DNA from: Camelus ferus
Lineage: Eukaryota
Assembly (NCBI RefSeq): GCF_009834535.1
Contig: NC_045711.1
Location: 44,144,001-44,208,000, forward strand
Length of the DNA: 64,000 nucleotides
Direction of reading: 5' to 3'
The notes beneath the pieces were generated by a model, which was not told the origin of the DNA, searched no databases, and was given only the letters and a program-made list of their open reading frames with translations. Within the stretch, counting starts at the first letter, position 1, and each line of letters starts with the position of its first letter. This document shows positions 1 through 12,869 of the stretch, one piece after another. Both the position numbers and the translations under genes were made by a program.

Positions 1-250
1 AGAGAGAGACAGACAGAAAGATATGAAGTAAGCAAATACATGGAGAAAAGCAGAGAGAAGGCGAGAGAGAGAAAATGCAGAGACTGAAAAAGAGCAGCGC
101 TCCATTCCTAACAGCATCTCAGTTCCTGATTCCACGCCCCGTGAGACTGGCAGTCCCCCCTGCCCTTGTGTTCCTTAAGTCACATCCTTCCAGCAGGTTC
201 TGATTTAATGAAGTTGACTCAAATGGGTTATTATCACTAGCAACCACACT
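1..250 (+). mobile_element. MaLR LTR (MLT1-type) 3' portion
   Basis: Ends in 'aatgggttattatcactagcaacc', resembling the MLT1 terminus (gttgggtttctgtcacttgcaacc); preceded by a GA-rich segment typical of MLT1. Confidence 0.55.
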
Positions 251-1485
251 TACAGGCTAAGATGCACCATGAGAAAAACAATCATTCCATTTCACAGATT
301 AAATAACTGAGTCTCAGACAGTCCCACTGTCTTCAATAAATGGTTGGAATTGGAAATTGAAACCAAGCCTTTGGATTCTAAAATACTGTCCTAGGCTCAA
401 AATCCAACTCAGAGTTAAACACCTAGTTGGATCTCAATGAATACTTAGTCATTTATTGGCTTGTGGGATTCTCTAGTGAAATGGTCTTGGTGGCTCTAGC
501 CCTAGCCCCTTACTCCTTCTGTCCATCTCCCCACTGCTTACCAGATGTCCCCTGTCTGTCCCCTTAGTCATTTCCTCAACTCAGGATCAGCTTTGAGTCA
601 CAGAAAGAGCACACCCATCAGCTGTTGAGCGGGGAGCCTGGAGATCACGTCGCCATTTGACAGTGCCATCTGGGGTTGCCAATGGCTTGTCTCCGACAGT
701 CCCCCCGATGCCCTCCTTACATAATTGGATAATTGGGATACGCGGCGAAAGGCAGCTATATCCCCACACCTTGGAAAACATTCATCAAGTGAACAGCGGT
801 GGTGTCTGCACTCTTGGCAGTTTATTACAATTCCTGTAACAAGAGGAGCTGTGGGTATGTAAGGCATTATCTCCTCCCGTCGTTTCTAACAAAATATCCC
901 AGAACAGCAGGCCCACAAGGACAAGGTAAGGCCATTCTCCATTCCAAATAACATACTTTTTTTTTTTAAATAAAAGAAGCAATTTAAGCATTTTGGCTTC
1001 CCAGGGTGAGTTGGCAGGCACACTTCTCATCTCGCAGATGCCTTTGGGTGAAGGTGTTTTAATAAGAGAAAAAGTGGGAATAAGACAGCAGAACTCGCCA
1101 GAGGCCGGGAGGAACCATGGAGCATGCAGTGCGGAGCCCACAGGCTGGGGAGAGGTGGGGGTGGTGGGGGGCGAGGCAGGAGCGGGTGTGGGAGGATGAG
1201 CTTGGGGAGAGACGTCTTGCTTCTGTTCAGACACACGTGCTGTGGAACCCAAAGCCCCCAGGAGAGTCCCAGTAATGACAGCCAAGAGGTGAAGAATCCA
1301 GTTCTATTTGTTTCACCTCTTCATTCACAACAGTTAATAAGAAGGTGTGAAAGTGATTGTTATGTAATTGGAGGGAATGCATTTCAGTAGACGTTCTGGG
1401 AGCATACACCCTAATACAGACAGGGACCAAAGGAGGCTGCACTTCTCTGAAATGATGGATAGATTTCTTTCATCCACTGCAGAAG

Positions 1486-1722
1486 CAACATGGTGTAGTG
1501 GTTCTGCAGCCAGGCTGCTTGGGATTGGGCCCTAGTTCCCCCAGGTGCTGATCGCGTGACCCTGAGCAAGTTATGTGATCTCTCTGGGTCATCAGTAATC
1601 TAGGGTGACGGTGGCACCAACCTCAGAGAATTGTCATTAGTGTTGAATGAGTTAATGCTCACAAAGGGCCAAGAAGAACAGTGCTTGGCACCTAGGAGAG
1701 TCCAGTAAATGTTGACTATTAT
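1486..1722 (+). mobile_element. MIR SINE, near full length
   Basis: 'gtgaccctgagcaagttat...gaatgagttaat...gaacagtgcttggcacctagg...taaatgttgactattat' follows the MIR consensus order. Confidence 0.8.
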
Positions 1723-1844
1723 AATTCCAATGACTTTTGGGGATGCCAATGACATCTCCTCTGCCCGGGATGCAAAGAAGAATAAGGAGAAGAATCTATC
1801 CTCAGAGCATCCATATTCTAGATGGCTGGTAGATACTCAGAAAT

Positions 1845-2040
1845 AACAAGAGATCACACTTACTGAGCACGGGCTGTGTGCCAGGCACTGTGCATTGGAC
1901 TTAATGAGTCAGATGCTATTACCTATCGTGCTCAGAGAGATAAATCAACTGGCCCGAAGTCACACAGCTAAGAAGAAAGGGTGCAGCCAGGGTGCGGACC
2001 CAAACCTGCCTGGTACCACCAGCTGGACTCTCAACTGTTG
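1845..2040 (-). mobile_element. MIR SINE
   Basis: 'cttactgagcac..gtgtgccaggcactgtgc...gaagtcacacagctaag' is reverse MIR. Confidence 0.75.
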
Positions 2041-2169
2041 ATTCTCAGCATGAAGACCACTTCATCAGAGAGAATTTGCATTACCCTTCCATTAAGATGA
2101 GACAAACATCCCATCCCCGAGCTGGCTCTTCTTCCTCAAAGAATCCCATTCTCTTCTCTTTCAGAAAAT

Positions 2170-2320
2170 CCATCACAGGTTTTAATTGCACTTGTATTGG
2201 CTGTCTTTCTTCCCAGGCTATAAACTCCATGAGAGCAGGAAACAGATCATCTGTTACGTTCATCATTATCTACCTAGCAACCAGCACACAGCCTGGCTCC
2301 AAAGACACTCCGTAAATACC
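2170..2320 (+). mobile_element. L2 LINE 3' end
   Basis: 'ctataaactccatgagagcagg...ccagcacacagcctggc..gtaaata' matches the L2 3' terminus. Confidence 0.75.
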
Positions 2321-4429
2321 ACTGGGTAATCAACTGTGATCGACCGCCTCTCTGAAAGTAAACACACAGCTGTACCACCTTCTTAAGTGCTTTAATAGGA
2401 GTATGAAGAAAATGTTGTGGGGTTTTACTTCAGGGCATTAACAGAGGCTTCTCTGAGCAGGGGACATATAGGCTGGATCCAGGAAGAAGGGTGGTAGGAC
2501 GAGTGGAGAGGGGTTGGAGGCAGTTCTAAGCACCTACAAGAGCATGCCCATGGGCAAAACCACAGAAAGCGGAGAAAACCCGGCTGAAGGACGAGCAAAT
2601 GCCAGCAATATCTTGGAATCCGTGCTTACGGACCCAGTAGTCGCCCAGAATGAGTGCCGGCTGGCAAGGTTATCATGCATTCCCCATGTGAGGCTGAGTG
2701 TCCATGCTGCAGAAAGCCCTTTGAGGAGCCCTTTGAGAGAGTGAAAAAATAGAAAGGACTTTTCTCACCATCCAAAGAGAGAGGGGATAACACTTTGATT
2801 AGGAACCTCTGTTTAATCTACAAATGAACATACCAGTTAGAATTCTGTTGGCTGAAAGAAGAAAACCCCACACTAAAGGGTGTTGAAATGGGACAGACAC
2901 TGGCTCCCTCAGGTCCAAGTTCAGGGGTAGGCAAGACCCGGCCATCAGGTCCCAGGGATCAGGCAGTCTCTGGTTTCCTGCTTCACTGCCCTGAGGGCAC
3001 CATCCTTGTCCTCATGGTCCAGGATGTGCTCTGGCCATTGCTCCAGTGTTCCAAGAAGCAGGGCGAAGGGCAGGGGGTGGGGATGAAGCAACTTCTGGGA
3101 CTGTTCTGCTTACATCCCATTGGCCAGACCTTGGCATATGGCCATACCTGTCTACAAAAGGGGGCTGAGAAATGTGGTTTAATGTATGCAAGAGATAACG
3201 CGCTCAGCTAAAACCCAGGAGCCCTAGAAAGAATGAGAACAGATCCTGGGATGGACCACCCAGAGCAGACGCAGCCCTCTACATGATTTCCCCTTACCCT
3301 CGGCATGTGCAGTGAAGTCACCGCCTGGACCAGGGATGCATGTATTCTCAGGCTAGCTAACATCTACCAGCGGAATTCCATGCTGGGCCATCATTTCAAA
3401 TATTGAAAGCTGTGGAAATCTGTGTTCCAATAAAACTTTATATAGGGATTCTGCTCTGCTAAATGCTTGAACACATATTTCTCTACTGAAATCAGAGGCA
3501 GGAGGGCTGGAGCACCACCCGCATCCCCTCCCCTAGACCGCAGACCCCCCTCCTTCAGGGCCCCGAAAATATAATGCAGAAACCTCTGGCTTAAGACAAC
3601 TGTCAGAGAAACTACAGGCTGTCAGCAGTACTTTTAAAATTACATCTAATTGCTCTCCCTTTTCACCAGAACTTCCAGCTTATCACTTTTCTAATCAAAG
3701 GCATCCCCCTGCCATTTTTGCCGATTCTCACAGATTTCTGAGCGTCTATATCAGGACCAGTGGGGAGCCAAGACAGCTAGGCACCTTCAGGCCTTTTTAA
3801 AGGATTAAATGAGATAGGGTGTATGAGCTTAGCACAGCTCCTTGCATGTAGTAACTTTTCAAAACATGTTAACTATTATTATCGTTTCTCAAAATTTCTT
3901 CTGCTTAGGTAACAATGTAACTTTGACATATATTTTAACCAAAAATGGCTTAAGGATAAAGCTGTTGTACGTATCCGAGGTCAAGCCCCACTCGTGACTA
4001 ATAAAATACACTTTGCTTTTAAATCAAATTCTTCACGAAGGGACTTTCTTTGGTTCTTAACTTCTGCTCTTCTGTTGCATCAAAAGGGGAAAACATCTCC
4101 GTTTTGACCCACGCCGATTCTCCTGCATCTTTTTTTACGATGAACTGAACTCTAGGGCATTATTATCACCAGCCCAGTCTACCCAGTTCTAGTCATGTCA
4201 CAAGCCTGAAACATCATCGCCTTCCTTCTTAATTATTAGACGAGATTCCCAAATAGGCTGCCTGTGGATCCCTCTTCACATGTGTCATTAAAAAACTGTA
4301 CTTTGTCTTATTCCCCATGCTTAAGATGCTCTTGGTGCCAACAATGATAAAAAAAAAAAAAATGACTGAATGTTAGGCAGACATCAGCCCCTCCAAAAAA
4401 TGACAACTCTCCTTGTCACGTTGTGATTG

Positions 4430-4590
4430 CCAATAACAGTACTTTTCATACTTATTGGGCACCTACAATGTGTCCCTCTAGGCTCGGTATTTAATACATA
4501 TTATGTCATTTAATCCTGCCAACAAGCCCCTAAGATAAAATCTCATTGATTTTATAAACAAGGAAACTAGAGCTCAGAGAAGGGGTTGGG
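4430..4590 (-). mobile_element. MIR SINE
   Basis: 'cttattgggcacctacaatgtg...tcatttaatcct...aggaaactagagctcagaga'. Confidence 0.75.
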
Positions 4591-5439
4591 TTTTCTAGAA
4601 AACAGAGCTGGAGCCAAACTTTCTTGCCAACACTGTATTGGGTGGGGAACATGAGCCCAGGGGAGCATGGGTCAAGGAGAAGGGACGCGGGGAGGGCAGG
4701 AAAGGAGGCAGGTCCAAGGTGGTACATAACCGAGCAACCACAGCGTCACAAGGAAACACAGCTGGCTGCTCCATCACACAAGACAGTTCTGGAGTCTAGC
4801 TCGTATACTTTGACCTTGGCCCATGAGCAGGACAGTACGCAGTTTACTGGCTGGCTTCTTCCACTCTCCTGCCTCCCATGGCTCCAAGTTGACCCCATGA
4901 GGCGTTAACTCCTCCAACCTTCCCTGTTATGTTATCCAGCCTCTCTGGGCAGCCAGTGGGAGGCCAGAGCCTCTGTGGGTCCAGCTGAGTTGGACCTAGA
5001 TGTCTGTGGCTCCCTCAATATCAGGTTCAATGGAGACCCTGACAAAGCCCAACTCTCGGTCCCAAGGGAATCAGTCCATCTGTGATATTTGCAAATCAGG
5101 AGACGGTGATGGCCACCAGCATGACTGAGCTAAGTGGCTCGCTGGATTCTTCCAATGGAGAAGCCAAAGAAATGCCTGCGAATGAGGGACATCTGGGGCC
5201 AAATGGATGTGGGTGGCACCACATGGCAGCCAGTACACCCAGCGAGCTAGAGTAACCAGCCCAAGGTGACACAGCCATGGCAGCCAGCATTCAAGCCCAG
5301 GCCAGTCTGACTCCAAAACACTTTGACTTTTCCATGACACCCGGATGTCCTGCTCTGCTAAGATTCTGAAAAGCTCAAAGAGGGAACAGTGGCTTTTCTG
5401 AGCTGTCTGTTTCACGGCCACAAGCAGATAAATATTTAT

Positions 5440-5870
5440 CAAGTAGTCATGGGTGATTTTTCAACAAGAATGCCCGGAGGCTCGTGTTGTCCTTTTCTGT
5501 ATTCTCAGAACAGACACTCCCAGAGGGAACAAGCCACTCTTCCCACGATCTGCCGTGGCTGCCTTCACGCCACCCAAAGGGTGAGCACCCAACCAGACCC
5601 CAGCGTAGGCAGGCAGCCTATGAGTGGTCAGCACTCTCTCACCCCTGCCTGCCAGATGTCAAAGGCGTCGGCAATGAAATCAAGGGAGTCTGTTCCCTTG
5701 AAGCGTGAAGAGGAACTGCCACGTGATTCACAGGAAACAGCTGGTGTGAAGGCTCATGACAAGACCAGGAATCCGAGACGTGAGGCCCGACAGCTGTGCA
5801 GAGCTGAGACTTCTGTTCAAGAAGATGTTGGCTCTCCCAGGTGGTCCTCGTGTTAAGAAAGCCCACCGCC
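5440..5870. mobile_element. Possible degraded MaLR/ERVL LTR fragment
   Basis: Loose resemblance to MLT1 internal segments; no clear terminus. Confidence 0.3.
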
Positions 5871-6379
5871 CACCACGAGCTCCCCTACATGCTGTCCTCC
5901 ATCCCCGAGCCCCTCCTCAGAAGCATGAATGGGCCCCATCCCTCCCTAGAGCTGTCTCTGCTCTGCCTCCTCCCCGCTCCTGCCTTCTCTTGGGGAGCAG
6001 AACTCGTTCTTCCACTGTGGTCCTGGCATCTCTCACATTTTCAGTGTCTTCCTCTTCTGCAAACGTGCTCAGCTTTATGCACATCCAAGGTGACCTTTCC
6101 CCATGTCTCCTCCAGCTCTATCCCACTTGCCTGCTTCTCGAATGAACACCTATTGGATCTCAGCCTCACGCTCAATTCTTAACTTTCTCAGTGCCGGTTC
6201 TCCTCTCACCGCCCTACTGAAATCCTTTCTCCAAAGGTCGCTGCAGTAAACGTCTGTGGCTTTCGCCACTCCCCACAGCTCTACTTCTCCTTCTGGTCAC
6301 CATCCCCCAGTTCTCCCCCTACAGAACCACTTCTTTTCCTGCTCTCAACCTAGGACATTTTCCCAGGCTGCACATGTAA

Positions 6380-6755
6380 CTCAAGGGCAAAGGATATGAC
6401 CTGCGCCTACACCAATGAGTGATCTGTCTGGGGATGGGCACACGGGGTTTTCCTGGGGCAGCTGATGGGGAGACTCTTACTCTTTGATGTTGTATTGAAA
6501 CCTGAGCGAGTGGAGGTCTTGAGCTGCTGGTGGCTACTTGTCTCCACAAGGGAATGGAGCCAACGGAGAGGAGATGGAGCCGAAGGATGAGGGGAGGCAC
6601 GAATAATCTGGTCCTGGTGACATGATACAAATCCTTGAACCATGTCACTCCTCTTGGCATCCCTGTCCGCTGGCCCCTTTGGTCAACTGAGCCCTTTTGC
6701 TTAAGCCAGTTTGTTGGAGTTTATGTTACCTGCAGCAGAAAGAACCCCAACTAAT
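6380..6755 (+). mobile_element. MaLR LTR (MLT1J/K-like)
   Basis: 'ggagccaac..agaggagatggagcc...' and the terminal 'ttttgcttaagccagttt...gttacctgcagcagaaagaaccccaactaatac'. Confidence 0.7.
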
Positions 6756-6919
6756 ACGGAAATCTAGTGTGGTCATCAGTGACCTCTGAAGCACCAATGT
6801 CAATGACCTCTTTTCCATCGCCCCCTGAGCATGACCCCGCGCCTCCACTCGGGGGAAGTGCAGGTCTCAGCTCCAGCACTCGCTGCTTCTATGCCTTATA
6901 TAAGTTACTCCCTTTCTCT

Positions 6920-7042
6920 TTTTTTTAAATTTATTTTGGGGGGTATTTATTTGTGTATTTTTAATGGGAAGTACTGGGGATTGAACCTAGGACCTCATGC
7001 ATGCTAGGCAGGTGCTCTATCACTGGGCTACACCCTTCCCCC
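6920..7042 (-). mobile_element. tRNA-derived SINE, Vic-1-like (camelid)
   Basis: Reverse complement reads GGGGAAGGGTGTAGCCCAGTGATAGAGCACCTGCCTAGCATGCATGAGGTCCTAGGTTCAATCCCCAGTAC plus an A-rich tail. Pol III A box and B box (GGTTCAATCCC) are present, and the flanks ctccctttctct (6908-6919) and ctcccttctct (7046-7056) form a TSD. Confidence 0.88.
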
Positions 7043-8169
7043 TTCCTCCCTTCTCTGAGCCTCAGTGTCCTCACCTGTCAACACAGCTACACTGAGAAGT
7101 GTCTGCGGAGGGCCCTGAAGAAATGGCAGCATTCTTCGGATGCTATCAGCAGACGGCGGTGCAGAGTGGTCCCCACGGAACTGTCCCTCTCTGTGTATCC
7201 CACTGCTAACCTCACTTGGCTCCTCTTGACTCCTGCTTTTAGGGTTTCTCCACCCACCTTTCTAATCAGACCTTTTCTGTCTCCCTTTCTTCCTCCAAAA
7301 TGTGGATATTTTCAAGTTCTGCCTGGGCTTCTGGTATTCTGTTTTGATCCTCTCTCCTTGGGCGATTTCAGCTTTGTTTTCCCCACGACGTGCAGGGCGC
7401 CATCCCTCTGAGCCTCAGTGAGACTCAAGCCTCAGCGCTCACGAGCGCTCCCTCTTCTCCAGAGCACTCAATTCCAAACTTGCTTCTCTGCAATGTCACT
7501 CTTATGCTAATGACACCTCTTTCTTCTTGGTCCTCAAGGCTTAAAACCTTGAAGTCATTGCAACTCTTTCCCACCCTTTGCTTCCAAATCTGTTTCCAAG
7601 TCCTCTCAACCTCAATCATCTCCTGCATCTTTGAATATCTCCCCATCTCCTTGCCCTTCCTGAGTTTACCACTCAGGTTCCTGCCACCCCAGGTGGGGGG
7701 GATGGGGGAGCATCCCAATAGGCCCACTGAAGGTCCCTTAAAGGTCTCCCAGACCCCAGGAGCTCCTCCTCTCATCTATTCTTACTTCTGAATGGGTCCT
7801 GTGAATGCCAAAGCCCTCATAATTAGCCTCTACCCCCAACCTGCCATGATTGCCCATTGCCTTTTGAATGCAATAAGCATAGCTCAACAAAGATTGATTA
7901 CAGCATCTCCTCTGTGTCAGGCACTGTGGTGAGCATTGTGAGAAAGACTAATGAAAACAGATATAGTCGCTGACGCCCCAGGGCATTAAGATCTAATTGT
8001 TCGGGTGACTGGACCACAAAGCCTGGTGCTCGCTGCGAGCGCGCAGGCGCATGCGGTACTGAATAAGGCATGCTTTCTTCATTCGATTTTAACCTGTCTT
8101 CCCAATTTGAATTTTCCTTCTTGTGCCTTCTGCTTAAACTGGGTTGAACCACCTATGTTTCCATGTTCT

Positions 8170-8490
8170 TCTACCTCCTTCACTTTGCTTATGCTGTTTC
8201 CTTCCCTGGAAAAGCCTTCTCTCCAATGCTGCTTGGCCAAATCTTGTTTATCCTTTACAGACTTTCTCAAAGGATACCCTTTGCTGATCACCCTACTCAG
8301 TTGCAATCTTTTTTTCCCCTCACCTCCCAAATCACCTTAGATGAAGCACCATCTTGCATTTTCCATGTTTGGAAAAAAAAGACATTTATGTAGTAACTTA
8401 CCTGCCCAATTAGATAGCAAATTCATTAAGCGTAGAAAAATTTTTTAATATCTTTGCATCCCCAACAACTAGGAAAGTGTTTCCAAGGAT
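8170..8490 (+). mobile_element. L2 LINE 3' region
   Basis: 'tttgcttatgctgtttccttccctggaaa...ttagatagcaaattcattaag...ctttgcatcccc' are typical L2 segments. Confidence 0.6.
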
Positions 8491-9724
8491 GCATTTACCT
8501 ACACAAATCACATGTATCATTTAGAAGCAGCTTTTTTCCTGCACTGAGAAAGAATCCTTTACCTAAAATAAAATTTTTAAAGATTTCCCACAGGTTTTTT
8601 AAAGTAAATCTTCAGATTCATTTAAACTTGTTTATGGATTATCAGCTATTAGCCTGGAGGAGAACTGCGGCTTGGGAGAAATCAAACAAAAAAGTAAAAT
8701 TGTTAGAAACCACTGCCCACTAGTGATTTCCTAGAAAAGAGGGTAGCTCTTCCCTGACTATGGGAGCTATTTAGAAAACAGGATTCTGTTTTCAGAAATA
8801 GAATTAAAGCATAGTATTTACTTTCCAAAACCTGTATTGGAAGTAAGAGCTAGATTTGGAGGAGCTGGCATTATGGGAAACACTCAGAAAGATGCTATCA
8901 TACACACGAGTGACACTGGGGTCTTCCGGGAGTTCCTGGAGTCCTGGGACATTGGCTAGGAGTTAGCCTGGGGTCCTGGTTGCCAGTAAGGGCCTGTCTG
9001 GGCACCTGATGGACAACCTGCCCCTGCTGCTTTGTGATGACATGAAGTGGGGTGAGGATGGGCCGTGATCTCCGTTAGGTCCACCAGAATTCCTGGGCAG
9101 AGCAGGAGCTGGGGGTTGGCCACCTGGATCCTTGGGCAACATGAGCACAGATGGTGGAAGACAAAGAAATAGCAGATCGTTTCACACCTTCAGCCAAGAT
9201 CTGCGTTCCTTCCAGTGCTACAAACAAACAAGGTACAAATTTGGATGCAGGTGGCCTTGAAAATATGTCAGTTGGCCTATGATTTTCTCAGGATCAGGAT
9301 TCCTGCCCGGGCCCAGTTTCCAGCTGGAGTAGACTTGTTTAAAAAAAATTATTTTTTAAAAAGACATCATGGTTGCCCTGATGTGGGTCCTGATGCAAAA
9401 AGATGTCCTAGGATCTTCAAGCGCCCCAACTGCACACCAGCATCCTCCAGACCCCTGGTTTCACCTCGCACATTGTCAGGGACCCTGAGGGACATCCAGT
9501 CATCAGCTTTGTCCCAGCCCTAGATGTCCAGTCTGCCGCAGTCTAAAGACCGTGTTCCTAACTCATACAGGAAACCTCTGTAGTACTAGCTGACGTAACA
9601 CTAGCCCTCAGTGACTATTAGCCAATGTCATTCGTCCATTTATTATTTATTTGATCATCCACGTCCTGTATTCACTATGCTGCGAAATACAGTGACCCTC
9701 CCTGGAGAAGTTAGGGAAGTTTAG

Positions 9725-9960
9725 TAGGTGAGACCATTAAGTCAGAGAGACCTGGGTTTGAGTCCAGACTCTTCTACCTACTAGCTGTGTGACTTCCAGC
9801 AAGTGTCTTACCTTCTCTGAGCCTCAACTGTAAAATGAGCATAATAGTATCTACCTGGATATACTGATATGAACATTAAATAAAATAATGCAGACAGAGG
9901 TCCGAGCATGATACCTCCTGAATGATAAAGCAATATCAATGATAATGTTAAAATATTAAT
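9725..9960 (+). mobile_element. MIR SINE
   Basis: 'cctgggtttgagtcc...ctagctgtgtgactt...ctctgagcctcaactgtaaaatgagcataatagtatctacc'. Confidence 0.8.
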
Positions 9961-10769
9961 CATTGTTTTTCAGGATGTGTTTTGGTAGGAGATATGCTAT
10001 GGTTAGGGGATGGGACAATTTATAAGGGAGGCCAAATCAGTGGTATAAGCTATACGTGCTCAAGGAGTTTCCAGGCAAGAAGAGCTGGGTGGGGCAGGAG
10101 GCAGGTGAGGCTCCCTGGAGAGATGGGCATGGGCAGAACTGGGACAGCAGAGGGGAGGAGAGGTCCATGTGGAGAACTCCAAGCCGAGGACTCGGTGCTG
10201 GCTCATTTGGGAAAGCTTTTGTATTTAAGGAGGAAAGATGATAGAGTTGCTTTTAATTATCTTAAAGACCCAGCGCAAAATGGGTTTTGGAGTTTGGATG
10301 GGGAATTATTGCCAAAGCATCATTAGTCCTGATGGCCTGGCATGTATCTCTGACAAAATGGGGAGTCTGCAAGATAAATGACTCGAACCAAGCTAATTAC
10401 AGGGAACCGTCTCGGGAGAGAGGGAGACATGAGCATTCTCAGCCAGGTTCTGCCTCCATCCCGCCTGAAGCAGCCCCTCTGTGCCTCCCACCACCCAAGA
10501 ACAGAGCAGAAAATGACAAAAGAGCAATTGATGATGCTCAGGGCTAGCTCAGAGCTGCTGATGGGTCTGGAAACATTCTCAGGCTCCTCAGTGACTGCTG
10601 GAGCTCCCTAAGGCTGGGGAGGCCACAGGCTTTCGTCCCTGCTAGCATCTGAGTGCTGTCCCAGACTCTCATCTCACAGCTGGGGAAACTGAGGTCAGGG
10701 CGTTCACTGTCACACAGCAAGATGTTAATGGACCTGCTACCTCCTATAGCTTCCATGTTGCTTGGTGAT

Positions 10770-10880
10770 TAAGACGAGCATCAGATTCTTGCTCTGCTGC
10801 TTGCTAATGGTGCGGTCGTAGACAAGTTCAATAAACTCTCTGAGTTTTGGTTTTCTTACTTGTAAACTGGAAATTTCCTT
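10770..10880 (+). mobile_element. MIR SINE fragment
   Basis: 'gacaagttcaataaactctctgagttttggttttcttacttgtaaactgg' is a degenerate MIR core. Confidence 0.55.
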
Positions 10881-11249
10881 CCTTCCTCCTTTCTTTGCAG
10901 GGTGACTGATACATCCCTGTTTGCCCAAAACTTTCCTGGTTTTAGCACTGAAAGACCAGCAATCCAGGAAACCACTCCATCTCTGCCAAACGCTGTTTCT
11001 TTGTTCAGTGATATTGCCTGATTCGGTTCCAGGTTCTGGGACAGCAGCCACTCAGAGGAGATCCCTGTTTTTCAGGAGCTAACATCCTAATTCTATCAAG
11101 GGAAGACAGACTTGGATACATTGATACATTCATAAAATAACACCTATGCGGCACATATGAAACTGAGTGTCCAATTCTATACTACGTATGTTATAAATGT
11201 TGTATCATTGTAAATGTAAATAATACTGGGAAGTAAATATCAATATACG

Positions 11250-11390
11250 CCCTCCCTAATTAACAGATGGGAAACTGAGGCTTGGCTTTATTAACTAACT
11301 TTCCTAAAATCACACTGAGAGTAAAAAGTAAAGCCAGCATTTAAACCCTGGAGTTCCAAGGCTCATGTGCCCAGCCCTGACACTCTACCA
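11250..11390 (-). mobile_element. MIR SINE
   Basis: 'aacagatgggaaactgaggc...aaaatcacact...catttaaacc' is the reverse MIR core. Confidence 0.7.
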
Positions 11391-12029
11391 CCCCATGGGT
11401 GGCAAATATAGGATTTAGCCTGAGTCAGGCCACAGGGAAAGCCCACTTCTTACCCAGGCTGTTGATTAGCTCTTAAGAAGGTTGGGTTTGATTTCCCCTC
11501 CCAGCTGGTTTGGGATCTGTGGTCCTCACCACCAGGCCACGTGGCAGATGTCATGAAACTTACCCCTCAGAGGCATCTACTCCAGCTCCAAGCACCCAGC
11601 AGACATGGGAGCCTTTCCTTACCATTCTACTTCCATCCAAGAGAACCATCCGGGAAGAGGGTGGTGGTGTTCTGACCATGACGCAACTGACCCATCAAAC
11701 CAGGAAAGCACAACGGTACAGAGCCTGCAGGATTCCTGGGGTATGGGGATGCTCCGGCTTTGAGGAGTCTGAGGCCAGGAGCATCTACTAGCAGAAGATG
11801 GAAAACGGGCGATGTCCCAGTGCCGGCCAGAGCTCTGTGCCAAGAGAGAAAATGGAACCCATTTCTCTCGGACCTCCGGGTCCCCTGGCAGATGACAGGC
11901 TGATGAACGAGGACCATGACTGAGGAATATTGCCAGTTTCCAAGGAGGCTGACTGGTCTATCCATCTACCCAACCCCATTTATAGGAAATGTACAGACTG
12001 GTACTATTGGAAGGAAATTTATCTGTCAC

Positions 12030-12190
12030 CCAGTACAAGGGCCTCCTTTTGTAGATGAGGAAATGGAGGCCCAGCTTGGAGAAAATGACTTCTCAAGGTG
12101 ATACAGGACACCAAGAGACAAATCTATGCCCCAGATTGCCCGACTCCAAACACATGCACTTCAACAAAAATTCATGGCTCCTCCATATGG
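12030..12190 (-). mobile_element. MIR SINE
   Basis: 'ttttgtagatgaggaaatggaggcccag...aatgacttctcaaggtgatacag'. Confidence 0.7.
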
Positions 12191-12619
12191 CTGGGCTCTG
12201 AAACTCTTTATGGAGAACATGACTCCCTTTTCTATACTTTCCATCTCTATAAAGGAGGCTTAAGGGTGGAAGGGTGGAGCCCGAAGTCTATGGGTCACTG
12301 GCGAGCATCAGCTGGAGAGGGAAATCTGGCAAGTTTTTGCTCAATGTGGTCCAAACAGGTCTAAAAAGGATCTTAGGGCCACCCATGGACATCAGGTGTG
12401 TGGTGGGCAGAGAGAAGGTGGGAGGAGGAAAGGGAGAAGTAAAAAGAAGGAGGAAAGAGGGAGGGACAGAGAGAGACTGTCAGTGGGTTGTCAGCCCGGG
12501 CTGGACCAGAGCGAGCCTTAGAACTATATCTGTGGCACCTGCCTTCTATACCTCGTGCCCACCCAGCACGTATGTGGCAGAAGCTGTGGGGAAGGGCCCA
12601 GAATTCACAGGCAGGCTGA

Positions 12620-12800
12620 GCTGAGCCAGCATCCAGCCTCGCTACCACCTGCGGTATAACCTTGAGCAGATCCGAAGCCCTCCCTCTGCCGCCCACCCTC
12701 TCGATCTGTTTCTTTATCTGTTAGAAAGCTCAACAGAGAGTGGGTTTATAAAATGCTTGTCACAGGGCCTGGCCTAGAAAGCTCCAAATAAATGGCAACT
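12620..12800 (+). mobile_element. MIR SINE
   Basis: 'ataaccttgagcag...tgtttctttatctgttagaaag...cagggcctggcc..gctccaaataaatgg'. Confidence 0.6.
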
Positions 12801-12869
12801 CTCACCACTTTGTCACCGTTGGTGGGAACATTTTGATATCTGCCTCCCGGACTGTGTTATGAAGAGCTG

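Noticed and set aside
903-925. Possible plus-strand microexon (cccag|aacag|cag|gcccacaaggacaag|gtaagg)
   Set aside because: Three competing AGs and a poor pyrimidine tract next to the acceptor; indistinguishable from chance
3995-4010. AATAAA in an AT-rich block resembling a 3' UTR end
   Set aside because: No upstream terminal exon or stop codon could be identified; the hexamer alone is uninformative
6970-7040. tRNA-like sequence with A and B boxes
   Set aside because: It is the head of the SINE (A-rich tail and TSD), not a tRNA gene
11798-11923. 41-codon ORF MENGRCPSAGQSSVPREKMEPISLGPPGPLADDRLMNEDHD
   Set aside because: No usable acceptor or promoter, and no homology recognised
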